This document shows, in pieces, positions 26,901 to 41,900 of a stretch of DNA of 64,000 bases. The stretch covers positions 14,318-78,317 of the forward strand of contig JAUCBJ010008014.1 in assembly GCA_032718475.1 (NCBI GenBank), written 5' to 3'. Numbering within the stretch: the first letter of the stretch is position 1; each line of letters opens with the position of its first letter. The stretch is from Nemertoderma westbladi (taxonomy: Eukaryota; Animalia; Xenacoelomorpha). The notes beneath the pieces are model-generated. The model had not been told where the DNA came from. It was given only the letters and a program-made list of their open reading frames with translations, and did not search any database. The translations under genes were made by a program, and so were the position numbers.

Positions 26901-29900
26901 ATTGTCTGTTTATTTTAGATTACTATCGTTTGAACGTAGCTTTGTTCTAATATTGTCTGTTATTTTAGATTACTATTGTTTGAACGTAGCTTTGTTCTAC
27001 TATTGTCTGTTTATTTTAGATTACTATCGTTTGAACGTAGCTTTGTTCTACTATTGTCTGTTTATTTTAGATTACTATCGTTTGAACGTAGCTTTGTTCT
27101 ACTATTGTCTGTTTATTTTAGATTACTATCGTTTGAACGTAGCTTTGTTCTACTATTGTCTGTTTATTTTAGATTACTATCGTTTGAACGTAGCTTTGTT
27201 CTACTATTGTCTGTTTATTTTAGATTACTATCGTTTGAACGTAGCTTTGTTCTACTATTGTCTGTTTATTTTATATTACTATCGTTTGAACGTAGCTTTG
27301 TTCTACTATTGTCTGTTTATTTTAGATTACTATCGTTTGAACGTAGCTTTGTTCTACTATTGTCTGTTTATTTTAGATTACTATCGTTTGAACGTAGCTT
27401 TGGTCTACTATTGTCTGTTTATTTTAGATTACTATCGTTTGAACGTAGCTTTGTTCTACTATTGTCTGTTTATTTTAGATTACTATCGTTTGAACGTAGC
27501 TTTGTTCTACTATTGTCTGTTTATTTTAGATTACTATCGTTTGAACGTAGCTTTGTTCTACTATTGTCTGTTTATTTTAGATTACTATCGTTTGAACGTA
27601 GCTTTGTTCTACTATTGTCTGTTTATTTTAGATTACTATCGTTTGAACGTAGCTTTGTTCTAATATTGTCTGTTTATTTTAGATTACTATCGTTTGAACG
27701 TAGCTTTGTTCTACTATTGTCTATTTATTTTAGATTACTATCGTTTGAACGTAGCTTTGTTCTACTATTGTCTGTTTATTTTAGATTACTATCGTTTGAA
27801 CGTAGCTTTGTTCTACTATTGTCTGTTTATTTTAGATTACTATCGTTTGAACGTAGCTTTGTTCTACTATTGTCTGTTTATTTTAGATTACTATCGTTTG
27901 AACGTAGCTTTGTTCTACTATTGTCTGTTTATTTTAGATTACTATCGTTTGAACGTAGCTTTGTTCTACTATTTTCTGTTTATTTTAGATTACTATCGTT
28001 TGAACGCAGCTTTGTTCTAATATTGTCTATTTATTTTAGATTACTATCGTTTGAACGTAGCTTTGTTCTAATATTGTCTGTTTATTTTAGATTACTATTG
28101 TTTGAACGTAGCTTTGTTCTACTATTGTCTGTTATTTTAGATTACTATCGTTTGAACGTAGCTTTGTTCTACTATTGTCTGTTTATTTTAGATTACTATC
28201 GTTTGAACGTAGCTTTGTTCTACTATTGTCTGTTATTTTAGATTACTATTGTTTGAACGTAGCTTTGTTCTACTATTGTCTGTTTATTTTAGATTACTAT
28301 CGTTTGAACGTAGCTTTGTTCTACTATTGTCTATTTATTTTAGATTACTATCGTTTGAACGTAGCTTTGTTCTACTATTGTCTGTTTATTTTAGATTACT
28401 ATCGTTTGAACGTAGCTTTGTTCTACTCTTGTCTATTTATTTTAGATTACTATCGTTTGAACGTAGCTTTGTTCTACTATTGTCTATTTATTTTAGATTA
28501 CTATCGTTTGAACGTAGCTTTGTTCTACTATTGTCTGTTTATTTTAGATTACTATCGTTTGAACGTAGCTTTGTTCTACTATTGTCTATTTATTTTAGAT
28601 TACTATCGTTTGAACGTAGCTTTGTTCTACTATTGTCTATTTATTTTAGATTACTCCGTTTGAACGTAGCTTTGTTCTACTATTGTCTGTTTATTTTAGA
28701 TTACTATCGTTTGAACGTAGCTTTGTTCTACTATTGTCTGTTTATTTTAGATTACTATCGTTTGAACGTAGCTTTGTTCTAATATTGTCTGTTTATTTTA
28801 GATTACTATCGTTTGAACGTAGCTTTGTTCTACTATTGTCTATTTATTTTAGATTACTATCGTTTGAACGTAGCTTTGTTCTACTATTGTCTGTTTATTT
28901 TAGATTACTATCGTTTGAACGTAGCTTTGTTCTACTATTGTCTGTTTATTTTAGATTACTATCGTTTGAACGTAGCTTTGTTCTACTATTGTCTGTTTAT
29001 TTTAGATTACTATCGTTTGAACGTAGCTTTGTTCTACTATTGTCTGTTTATTTTAGATTACTATTGTTTGAACGTAGCTTTGTTCTACTATTGTCTGTTT
29101 ATTTTAGATTACTATCGTTTGAACGTAGCTTTGTTCTACTATTGTCTGTTTATTTTAGATTACTATCGTTTGAACGTAGCTTTGTTCTACTATTGTCTGT
29201 TTATTTTAGATTACTATCGTTTGAACGCAGCTTTGTTCTAATATTGTCTATTTATTTTAGATTACTATCGTTTGAACGTAGCTTTGTTCTACTATTGTCT
29301 GTTTATTTTAGATTACTATCGTTTGAACGTAGCTTTGTTCTACTATTGTCTGTTTATTTTAGATTACTATCGTTTGAACGTAGCTTTGTTCTAATATTGT
29401 CTGTTTATTTTAGATTACTATCGTTTGAACGTAGCTTTGTTCTACTATTGTCTATTTATTTTAGATTACTATCGTTTGAACGTAGCTTTGTTCTACTATT
29501 GTCTGTTTATTTTAGATTACTATCGTTTGAACGTAGCTTTGTTCTAATATTGTCTATTTATTTTAGATTACTATCGTTTGAACGTAGCTTTGTTCTACTA
29601 TTGTCTATTTATTTTAGATTACTCCGTTTGAACGTAGCTTTGTTCTACTATTGTCTGTTTATTTTAGATTACTATCGTTTGAACGTAGCTTTGTTCTACT
29701 ATTGTCTATTTATTTTAGATTACTATCGTTTGAACGTAGCTTTGTTCTACTATTGTCTATTTATTTTAGATTACTATCGTTTGAACGTAGCTTTGTTCTA
29801 CTATTGTCTATTTATTTTAGATTACTATCGTTTGAACGTAGCTTTGTTCTACTATTGTCTGTTTATTTTAGATTACTATCGTTTGAACGTAGCTTTGTTC

Positions 29901-32900
29901 TACTATTGTCTATTTATTTTAGATTACTATCGTTCGAACGTAGCTTTGTTCTACTATTGTCTGTTTATTTTAGATTACTATCGTTTGAACGTAGCTTTGT
30001 TCTACTATTGTCTGTTTATTTTAGATTACTATCGTTTGAACGTAGCTTTGTTCTACTATTGTCTGTTTATTTTAGATTACTATCGTTTGAACGTAGCTTT
30101 GTTCTACTATTGTCTGTTTATTTTAGATTACTATCGTTTGAACGTAGCTTTGTTCTACTATTGTCTGTTTATTTTAGATTACTATCGTTTGAACGTAGCT
30201 TTGTTCTACTATTGTCTGTTTATTTTAGATTACTATCGTTTGAACGTAGCTTTGTTCTACTATTGTCTGTTTATTTTAGATTACTATCGTATGAACGTAG
30301 CTTTGTTCTACTATTGTCTATTTATTTTAGATTACTATCGTTTGAACGTAGCTTTGTTCTACTATTGTCTGTTTATTTTAGATTACTATCGTTTGAACGT
30401 AGCTTTGTTCTACTATTGTCTATTTATTTTAGATTACTATCGTTTGAACGTAGCTTTGTTCTACTATTGTCTATTTATTTTAGATTACTATCGTTTGAAC
30501 GTAGCTTTGTTCTACTATTGTCTGTTTATTTTAGATTACTATCGTTTGAACGTAGCTTTGTTCTACTATTGTCTGTTTATTTTAGAATACTATCGTTTGA
30601 ACGTAGCTTTGTTCTACTATTGTCTGTTTATTTTAGATTACTATCGTTTGAACGTAGCTTTGTTCTACTATTGTCTATTTATTTTAGATTACTATCGTTT
30701 GAACGTAGCTTTGTTCTACTATTGTCTGTTTATTTTAGATTACTATCGTTTGAACGTAGCTTTGTTCTACTATTGTCTGTTTATTTTAGATTACTATCGT
30801 TTGAACGTAGCTTTGTTCTACTATTGTCTGTTTATTTTAGATTACTATCGTTTGAACGTAGCTTTGTTCTCATCAATCTTTGCTTTGCGTTGTTTGTTGC
30901 GATTCTGCTGTTCCTAATTGGAGTGGAAGGTCACGGGTTTCTAAATGTTAGTAGACATGTCTCTATATAACATTCTGGTTGTACTTCTGTAACAGTTCTA
31001 CTTTATTCCTTACAGGATTCTGGTTGTACTTCTTTAACAGTTCTACTTTATTCCTTACAGGATTCTGGTTGTACTTCTTTAACAGTTCTACTTTATTCCT
31101 TACAGGATTCTGGTTGTACTTCTTTAACAGTTCTACTTTATTCCTTACAGGATTCTGGTTGCCCTTCTGTAACAGTTCTACTTTATTCCTTACACAGGAT
31201 TCTGGTTGTACTGCTGTAACAGTTCTACTTTATTCCTTACAGGATTCTGGTTGTACTGCTGTAGCAGTTCTACTTTATTCCTTACAGGATTCTGGTTGCC
31301 CTTATGTAACAGTTCTACTTTATTCCTTACACAGGATTCTGGTTGTACTGCTGTAACAGTTCTACTTTATTCCTTACAGGATTCTGGTTGTACTTCTGTA
31401 ACAGTTCTACTTTATTCCTTACAGGATTCTGGTTGTACTTCTTTAACAGTTCTACTTTATTCCTTACAGGATTCTGGTTGCCCTTCTGTAACAGTTCTAC
31501 TTTATTCCTTACACAGGATTCTGGTTGTACTGCTGTAACAGTTCTACTTTATTCCTTACAGGATTCTGGTTGTACTGCTGTAGCAGTTCTACTTTATTCC
31601 TTACAGGATTCTGGTTGCCCTTATGTAACAGTTCTACTTTATTCCTTACACAGGATTCTGGTTGTACTGCTGTAACAGTCCTACTTTATTCCTTACAGGA
31701 TTCTGGTTGCCCTTCTGTAACAATTCTACTCTATTCCTTACAGGATTCTGGTTGCCCTTCTGTAACAGTTCTACTTTATTCCTTACACAGGATTCTGGTT
31801 GCACTGCTGTAACAGTTCTACTTTATTCCTTACAGGATTCTGGTTGCCCTTCTGTAACAGTTCTACTTTATTCCTTACAGGATTCTGGTTGTACTTCTGT
31901 AACAGTTCTACTTTATTCCTTACACAGGATTCTGGTTGCACTGCTGTAACAGTTCTACTTTATTCCTTACAGGATTCTTGTTGTACTGCTGTAACAGTTC
32001 TACTTTATTCCTTACAGGATTCTGGTTGTACTGCTGTAACAGTTCTACTTTATTCCTTACAGGATTCTGGTTGTACTTCTGTAACAGTTCTACTTTATTC
32101 CTTACAGGATTCTGGTTGCCCTTCTGTAATAGTTCTACTTTATTCCTTACAGGATTCTGGTTGCCCTTCTGTAACAGTTCTACTTTATTCCTTACAGGAT
32201 TCTGGTTGTACTTCTGTAACAGTTCTACTTTATTCCTTACAGGATTCTGGTTGCCCTTCTGTAACAGTTCTACTTTATTCCTTACACAGGATTCTGGTTG
32301 CACTGCTGTAACAGTTCTACTTTATTCCTTACAGGATTCTGGTTGCACTGCTGTAACAGTTCTACTTTATTCCTTACAGGATTCTGGTTGTACTGCTGTA
32401 ACAGTTCTACTTTATTCCTTACAGGATTCTGGTTGTACTTCTGTAACAGTTCTACTTTATTCCTTACAGGATTCTGGTTGCCCTTATGTAACAGTTCTAC
32501 TTTATTCCTTACACAGGATTCTGGTTGTACTGCTGTAACAGTCCTACTTTATTCCTTACAGGATTCTGGTTGCCCTTCTGTAACAATTCTACTCTATTCC
32601 TTACAGGATTCTGGTTGCCCTTCTGTAACAGTTCTACTTTATTCCTTACAGGATTCTGGTTGCCCTTCTGTAACAGTTCTACTTTATTCCTTACACAGGA
32701 TTCTGGTTGTACTGCTGTAACAGTTCTACTTTAATCCTTACAGGATTCTGGTTGTACTTCTGTTGCAGTTCTACTTTATTCCTTACAGGATTCTTGTTGT
32801 ACTTCTGTAACAGTTCTACTTTATTCCTTACAGGATTCTGGTTGCCCTTCTGTAACAGTTCTACTTTATTCCTTACAGGATTCTGGTTGCCCTTCTGTAA

Positions 32901-35900
32901 CAATTCTACTCTATTCCTTACAGGATTCTGGTTGCCCTTCTGTAACAGTTCTACTTTATTCCTTACACAGGATTCTGGTTGTACTGCTGTAACAGTTCTA
33001 CTTTAATCCTTACAGGATTCTGGTTGTACTTCTGTAACAGTTCTACTTTATTCCTTACAGGATTCTGGTTGCCCTTCTGTAACAGTTCTACTTTATTCCT
33101 TACACAGGATTCTGGTTGTACTGCTGTAACAGTTCTACTTTAATCCTTACAGGATTCTGGTTGTACTTCTGTTGCAGTTCTACTTTATTCCTTACAGGAT
33201 TCTGGTTGTACTGCTGTAACAGTCCTACTTTATTCCTTACAGGATTCTGGTTGCCCTTCTGTAACAATTATACTCTATTCCTTACAGGATTCTGGTTGCC
33301 CTTCTGTAACAGTTCTACTTTATTCCTTACAGGATTCTGGTTGCCCTTCTGTAACAGTTCTACTTTATTCCTTACAGGATTCTGGTTGCCCTTCTGTAAC
33401 AGTTCTACTCTATTCCTTACAGGATTCTGGTTGCCCTTCTGTAACAGTTCTACTTTATTCCTTACAGGATTCTGGTTGCCCTTCTGTAACAGTTCTACTT
33501 TATTCCTTACAGGATTCTGGTTGCCCTTCTGTAACAGTTCTACTCTATTCCTTACAGGATTCTGGTTGCCCTTCTGTAACAGTTCTACTTTATTCCTTAC
33601 ACAGGATTCTGGTTGCCCTTCTGTAACAGTTCTACTTTATTCCTTACAGGATTCTGGTTGCCCTTCTCTAACAGTTCTACTTTATTCCTTACAGGATTCT
33701 GGTTGCCCTTCTGTAACAGTTCTACTTTATTCCTTACAGGATTCTGGTTGCCCTTCTGTAACAGTTCTACTTTATTCCTTACAGGATTCTGGTTGCCCTT
33801 CTGTAACAGTTCTACTCTATTCCTTACAGGATTCTGGTTGCCCTTCTGTAACAGTTCTACTCTATTCCTTACAGGATTCTGGTTGCCCTTCTGTAACAGT
33901 TCTACTTTATTCCTTACACAGGATTCTGGTTGCCCTTCTGTAACAGTTCTACTTTATTCCTTACAGGATTCTGGTTGCCCTTCTCTAACAGTTCTACTTT
34001 ATTCCTTACAGGATTCTGGTTGCCCTTCTGTAACAGTTCTACTTTATTCCTTACAGGATTCTGGTTGCCCTTCTGTAACAGTTCTACTTTATTCCTTACA
34101 GGATTCTGGTTGCCCTTCTGTAACAGTTCTACTCTATTCCTTACAGGATTCTGGTTGCCCTTCTGTAACAGTTCTACTTTATTCCTTACAGGATTCTGGT
34201 TGCCCTTCTGTAACAGTTATACTTTATTCCTTACAGGATTCTGGTTGCCCTTCTGTAACAGTTCTACTTTATTCCTTACAGGATTCTGGTTGCCCTTCTG
34301 TAACAGTTCTACTTTATTCCTTGCAGGATTCTGGTTGCCCTTCTCTAACAGTTCTACTTTATTCCTTACAGGATTCTGGTTGCACTGCTGTAGCAGTTCT
34401 ACTTTATTCCTTACAGGATTCTGGTTGCCCTTCTGTAACAGTTCTACTTTATTCCTTACAGGATTCTGGTTGCCCTTCTGTAACAATTCTACTCTATTCC
34501 TTACAGGATTCTGGTTGCCCTTCTGTAACAGTTCTACTTTATTCCTTATAGGATTCTGGTTGCCCTTCTGTAACAGTTCTACTTTATTCCTTACAGGATT
34601 CTGGTTGCCCTTCTGTAACAGTTCTACTTTATTCCTTACAGGATTCTGGTTGCCCTTCTGTAACAGTTCTACTGTATTCCTTACAGGATTCTAGTTGCCC
34701 TTCTGTAACAGTTATACTTTATTCCTTACAGGATTCTGGTTGCCCTTCTGTGACAGTTCTACTTTATTCCTTACAGGATTCTGGTTGTACTGCTGTTACA
34801 GTTCTACTTTATTCCTTACAGGATTCTGGTTGCACTGCTGTAACAGTTCTACTTTATTCCTTACAGTATTCTGGTTGTACTGCTGTAACAGTTCTACTTT
34901 ATTCCTTACAGGATTCTGGTTGCCCTTCTGTAACAGTTATACTTTATTCCTTACAGGATTCTGGTTGCCCTTCTGTAACAGTTCTACTTTATTCCTTACA
35001 GGATTCTGGTTGCCCTTCTGTAACAGTTCTACTTTATTCCTTACAGGATTCTGGTTGCCCTTCTGTAACAGTTATACTTTATTCCTTACAGGATTCTGGT
35101 TGCCCTTCTGTAACAGTTCTACTTTATTCCTTACAGGATTCTGGTTGCCCTTCTGTAACAGTTCTACTTTATTCCTTGCAGGATTCTGGTTGCCCTTCTC
35201 TAACAGTTCTACTTTATTCCTTACAGGATTCTGGTTGCACTGCTGTAGCAGTTCTACTTTATTCCTTACAGGATTCTGGTTGCCCTTCTGTAACAGTTCT
35301 ACTTTATTCCTTACAGGATTCTGGTTGCCCTTCTGTAACAGTTCTACTTTATTCCTTACAGGATTCTGGTTGCACTTCTGTAGCAGTTCTACTTTATTCC
35401 TTACAGGATTCTGGTTGCCCTTCTGTAACAATTCTATTTTATTCCTTACAGGATTCTGGTTGCCCTTCTGTAACAGTTCTACTTTATTCCTTACAGGATT
35501 CTGGTTGCCCTTCTGTAACAGTTCTACTTTATTCCTTACAGGATTCTGGTTGTACTGCTGTAACAGTTCTACTTTATTCCTTACAGTATTCTGGTTGCAC
35601 TGCTGTAACAGTTCTAATTTATTCCTTACATGATTCTGGTTGTACTGCTGTAGCAGTTCTACTTTATTCCTTACGGGATTCTGGTTGTACTGCTGTAACA
35701 GTTCTAATTTATTCCTTACAGGATTCTGGTTGCCCTTCTGTAACAGTTCTACTGTATTCCTTACAGGATTCTGGTTGCCCTTCTCTAACAGTTCTACTTT
35801 ATTCCTTACAGGATTCTGGTTGTACTGCTGTAGCAGTTCTACTTTATTCCTTACGGGATTCTGGTTGTACTGCTGTAACAGTTCTACTTTATTCCTTGCA

Positions 35901-38900
35901 GGATTCTGGTTGCCCTTCTCTAACAGTTCTACTTTATTCCTTACAGGATTCTGGTTGCACTGCTGTAGCAGTTCTACTTTATTCCTTACAGGATTCTGGT
36001 TGCCCTTCTGTAACAGTTCTACTTTATTCCTTACATGATTCTGGTTGCCCTGCTGTAACAGTTCTACTTTATTCCTCACAGGATTCTGGTTGCCCTTCTG
36101 TAACAGTTCTACTTTATTCCTTACAGGATTCTGGTTGCCCTTCTGTAACAGTTCTACTTTATTCCTTACAGGATTCTGGTTGCACTTCTGTAGCAGTTCT
36201 ACTTTATTCCTTACAGGATTCTGGTTGCCCTTCTGTAACAATTCTATTTTATTCCTTACAGGATTCTGGTTGCCCTTCTGTAACAGTTCTACTTTATTCC
36301 TTACAGGATTCTGGTTGCCCTTCTGTAACAGTTCTACTTTATTCCTTACAGTATTCTGGTTGCACTGCTGTAACAGTTCTAATTTATTCCTTACATGATT
36401 CTGGTTGTACTGCTGTAGCAGTTCTACTTTATTCCTTACAGGATTCTGGTTGCCCTTCTGTAACAGTTATACTTTATTCCTTACAGGATTCTGGTTGCCC
36501 TTCTGTAACAGTTCTACTTTATTCCTCACAGGATTCTGGTTGCCCTTCTGTAACAGTTCTACTTTATTCCTCACAGGATTCTGGTTGCCCTTCTGTAACA
36601 GTTCTACTTTATTCCTTACAGGATTCTGGTTGCACTTCTGTAGCAGTTCTACTTTATTCCTTACAGGATTCTGGTTGTACTTCTACTTTATTCCTTACAG
36701 GATTCTGGTTGCCCTTCTGTAACAGTTCTACTTTATTCCTTACAGGATTCTGGTTGCCCTTCTGTAACAATTCTATTTTATTCCTTACAGGATTCTGGTT
36801 GCCCTTCTGTAACAGTTCTACTTTATTCCTTACAGGATTCTGGTTGCCCTTCTGTAACAGTTCTACTTTATTCCTTACAGTATTCTGGTTGCACTGCTGT
36901 AACAGTTCTAATTTATTCCTTACATGATTCTGGTTGTACTGCTGTAGCAGTTCTACTTTATTCCTTACAGGATTCTGGTTGTACTGCTGTAACAATTCTA
37001 TTTTATTCCTTACAGGATTCTGGTTGCCCTTCTGTAACAGTTCTACTTTATTCCATACAGGTTTCTGGTTGCCCTTCTGTAACAGTTCTACTTTATTCCT
37101 TACAGGATTCTGGTTGCCCTTCTGTAACAGTTCTAATTTATTCCTTACAGGATTCTGGTTGTACTTCTGTAGCAGTTCTACTTTATTCCTTACAGGATTC
37201 TGGTTGTACTGCTGTAGCAGTTATACTTTATTCCTTACAGGATTCTGGTTGCCCTTCTGTAACAGTTCTACTTTATTCCTTACAGGATTCTGGTTGCCCT
37301 TCTGTAACAGTTCTACTTTATTCCTTACAGGATTCTGGTTGTACTGCTGTAACAGTTCTACTTTATTCCTTACAGGATTCTGGTTGCCCTTCTGTAGCAG
37401 TTCTACTTTATTCCTTACAGGATTCTGGTTGCCCTTCTGTAACAGTTCTACTTTATTCCTTACAGGATTCTGGTTGCACTGCTGTAACGGTTCTACTTTA
37501 TTCCTTACAGGATTCTGGGTGCCCTTCTGTAACAGTTCTACTTTATTCCTTACAGGATTCTGGTTGCACTGCTGTAGCAGTTCTACTTTATTCCTTACAG
37601 GATTCTGGTTGTACTGCTGTAACAGTTCTACTTTATTCCTCACAGGATTCTGGTTGCCCTTCTGTAACAGTTCTACTTTATTCCTCACAGGATTCTGGTT
37701 GCCCTTCTGTAACAGTTCTACTTTATTCCTTACAGGATTCTGGTTGTACTGCTGTAGCAGTTATACTTTATTCCTTACAGGATTCTGGTTGCCCTTCTGT
37801 AACAGTTCTACTTTATTCCTTACAGGATTCTGGTTGTACTGCTGTAGCAGTTATACTTTATTCCTTACAGGATTCTGGTTGCCCTTCTGTAACAGTTCTA
37901 CTTTATTCCTTACAGGATTCTGGTTGCCCTTCTGTAACAGTTCTACTTTATTCCTTACAGGATTCTGGTTGTACTGCTGTAACAGTTCTACTTTATTCCT
38001 TACAGGATTCTGGTTGCCCTTCTGTAGCAGTTCTACTTTATTCCTTACAGGATTCTGGTTGCCCTTCTGTAACAGTTCTACTTTATTCCTTACAGGATTC
38101 TGGTTGCACTGCTGTAACGGTTCTACTTTATTCCTTACAGGATTCTGGGTGCCCTTCTGTAACAGTTCTACTTTATTCCTTACAGGATTCTGGTTGCACT
38201 GCTGTAGCAGTTCTACTTTATTCCTTACAGGATTCTGGTTGTACTGCTGTAACAGTTCTACTTTATTCCTCACAGGATTCTGGTTGCCCTTCTGTAACAG
38301 TTCTACTTTATTCCTCACAGGATTCTGGTTGCCCTTCTGTAACAGTTCTACTTTATTCCTTACAGGATTCTGGTTGCCCTTCTGTAACAGTTCTAGTTTA
38401 TTCCTTACAGGATTCTGGTTGCCCTTCTGTAACAGTTCTACTTTATTCCTTACAGGATTCTGGTTGTACTGCTGTAACAGTTCTACTTTATTCCTTACAG
38501 GATTCTGGTTGCCCTTCTGTAACAGTTCTACTTTATTCCTTACAGGATTCTGGTTGCCCTTCTGTAACAGTTCTACTGTATTCCTTACAGGATTCTGGTT
38601 GCCCTTCTGTGACAGTTCTACTTTATTCCTTACAGGATTCTGGTTGTACTTCTGTAACAGTTATATTTTATTCCTTACAGGATTCTGGTTGTACTGCTGT
38701 AACAGTTCTACTTTATTCCTTACATGATTCTGGTTGTACTGCTGTAACAGTTCTACTTTATTCCTTACAGGATTCTGGTTGCCCTTCTGTAACAGTTCTA
38801 CTTTATTCCTTACAGGATTCTGGTTGTACTGCTGTAACAGTTCTACTTTATTCCTCACAGGATTCTGGTTGCCCTTCTGTAACAGTTCTAGTTTATTCCT

Positions 38901-41900
38901 TACAGGATTCTGGTTGCCCTTCTGTAACAATTATATTTTATTCCTTACAGGATTCTTGTTGTACTTCTGTAGCAGTTCTACTTTATTCCTTACAGGATTC
39001 TGGTTGCCCTTCTGTAACAGTTCTACTTTATTCCTTACAGGATTCTGGTTGCACTTCTGTAGCAGTTCTACTTTATTCCTTACAGGATTCTGGTTGCCCT
39101 TCTGTAACAATTCTATTTTATTCCTTACAGGATTCTGGTTGCCCTTCTGTAACAGTTCTACTTTATTCCTTACAGGATTCTGGTTGCCCTTCTGTAACAG
39201 TTCTACTTTATTCCTTACAGGATTCTGGTTGTACTGCTGTAACAGTTCTACTTTATTCCTTACAGGATTCTGGTTGCCCTTCTGTAACAGTTCTACTTTA
39301 TTCCTTACAGGATTCTGGTTGCCCTTCTGTAACAGTTCTACTTTATTCTTTACAGGATTCTGGTTGCACTGCTGTAGCAGTCCTTCTACATTATTTCTTC
39401 CTCTCCGTGTTCACTTGGATGTTGAACGAAGGAATTCTCTATTATCTCAACGTAGTCGTTATATTTGAACGGGAGGTTTCCTGGAAATGGATTTATTTAG
39501 GTATCGGTTGGGGTGCGCCGTTATTGGTAGTTGGTATTTCGGCTGGTGCCAGCCAACTCAATGGATACTCGTACGAACGGCCAGGGGGAGATGTTATGTA
39601 AGTATTTATCTTTGGGATATAATAAAGTATTATTTTAATATTTGTTTAACTAAAATAGATATGCCGACTATGTTTATTTTAGTTTATTTTCTACTTTATA
39701 TACCTCAACAGTAGGTTCAGTTTAGTTTATTTTCTACTTTATATACCTCAACATTAGGTTTAGTTTATTTTATACTTTATATACCTCAACATTAGGTTTA
39801 GTTTAGTTTATTTTATACTTTATATACCTCATCAGTAGGTTTAGTTTAGTTTATTTTCTACTTTATATACCTCAACAGTAGGTTTAGTTTAGTTTATTTT
39901 CTACTTTATATACCTCAACATTAGGTTTAGTTTAGTTTATTTTCTACTTTATATACCGCAACATTAGGTTTAGTTTAGTTAATTTTTACTTTATATACCT
40001 CAACAGTAGGTTTAGTTTAGTTTATGTTCTACTTTATATAGCTCAACATTAGGTTTAGTTTATTTTCTACTTTATATACCTCAACATTAGGTTTAGTTTA
40101 GTTTATTTTCTACTTTATATACCGCAACATTAGGTTTAGTTTAGTTAATTTTTACTTTATATACCTCAACAGTAGGTTTAGTTTAGTTTATGTTCTACTT
40201 TATATAGCTCAACATTAGGTTTAGTTTAGTTTATTTTCTACTTTATATACATCAACAGTAGGTTTAGTTTAGTTTATTTTCTACTTTATATACCTCAACA
40301 TTAGGTTTAGTTTAGTTTATTTTCTACTTTATATACCTCAACATTAGGTTTAGTTTAGTTTATTTTCTACTTTATATACCTCAACATTAGGTTTAGTTTA
40401 GTTTATTTTCTACTTTATATACCTCAACAGTAGGTTCAGTTTAGTTTATTTTCTACTTTATATACCTCAACATTAGGTTTAGTTTATTTTATACTTTATA
40501 TACCTCAACATTAGGTTTAGTTTAGTTTATTTTCTACTTTATATACCTCAACAGTAGGTTTAGTTTAGTTTATTTTCTACTTTATATACCTCAACATTAG
40601 GTTTAGTTTAGTTTATTTTCTACTTTATATACCTCAACATTAGGTTTAGTTTAGTTTATTTTCTACTTTATATACCTCAACAGTAGGTTCAGTTTAGTTT
40701 ATTTTCTACTTTATATACCTCAACATTAGGTTTAGTTTAGTTTATTTTCTACTTTATATACCTCAACATTAGGTTTAGTTTAGTTTATTTTCTACTTTAT
40801 ATACCTCAACAGTAGGTTCAGTTTAGTTTATTTTCTACTTTATATACCTCAACATTAGGTTTAGTTTAGTTTATTTTCTACTTTATATACCTCAACAGTA
40901 GGTTCAGTTTAGTTTATTTTCTACTTTATATACCTCAACATTAGGTTTAGTTTATTTTATACTTTATATACCTCAACATTAGGTTTAGTTTAGTTTATTT
41001 TCTACTTTATATACCTCAACAGTAGGTTTAGTTTAGTTTATTTTCTACTTTATATACCTCAACATTAGGTTTAGTTTAGTTTATTTTCTATTTTATATAC
41101 CTCAACAGTAGGTTCAGTTTAGTTTATTTTCTACTTTATAACCTCAACATTAGGTTTAGTTTAGTTTATTTTCTACTTTATATACCTCAACATTAGGTTT
41201 AGTTTTGTTTATTTTCTACTTTATATACCTCAACAGTAGGTTTAGTTTAGTTCATTTTCTACTTTATATACCTCAACAGTAGGTTTAGTTTAGTTTATTT
41301 TCTACTTTATATACCTCAACAGTAGGTTTAGTTTATTTTCTACTTTATATACCTCAACATTAGGTTTAGTTTAGTTTATTTTCTACTTTATATACCTCAA
41401 CATTAGGTTTAGTTTAGTTTATTTTCTACTTTATATACCTCAACATTAGGTTTAGTTTAGTTTATTTTCTACTTTATATACCTCAACAGTAGGTTTAGTT
41501 TAGTTTATTTTCTACTTTATATACCTCAACATTAGGTTTAGTTTAGTTTATTTTCTACTTTATATACCTCAACAGTAGGTTTAGTTTAGTTTATTTTCTA
41601 CTTTATATACCTCAACAGTTAAGAAAAAATTTAGTGTATTGTATACTTTATGTAACTCGACAGTTGGTTTTATTTAGTGTTTTGTATACTTTATGATTCC
41701 TTTCCAGATGCTGGTTAGATCCTTCCGTTGGTGTTTTGTATGCCTTCATAGGCCCCGCAGTAGCTATAGCCGTGGCTAACATGGTGGTTATTGTTATTGT
41801 ACTCAGAACGATGTTTAAAAGCTCGGCTTTTAATAAAAAATCGGAGATAGAACAGATCAAGTGAGTTACATTGAACAGATCAAGTGAGTTACATTGAATT

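Noticed and set aside
26277-39468. Long repetitive ORFs (up to 744 aa) in the supplied track
   Set aside because: They result from 3n-length tandem units open in several frames on both strands; only the terminal units are supported as exon.
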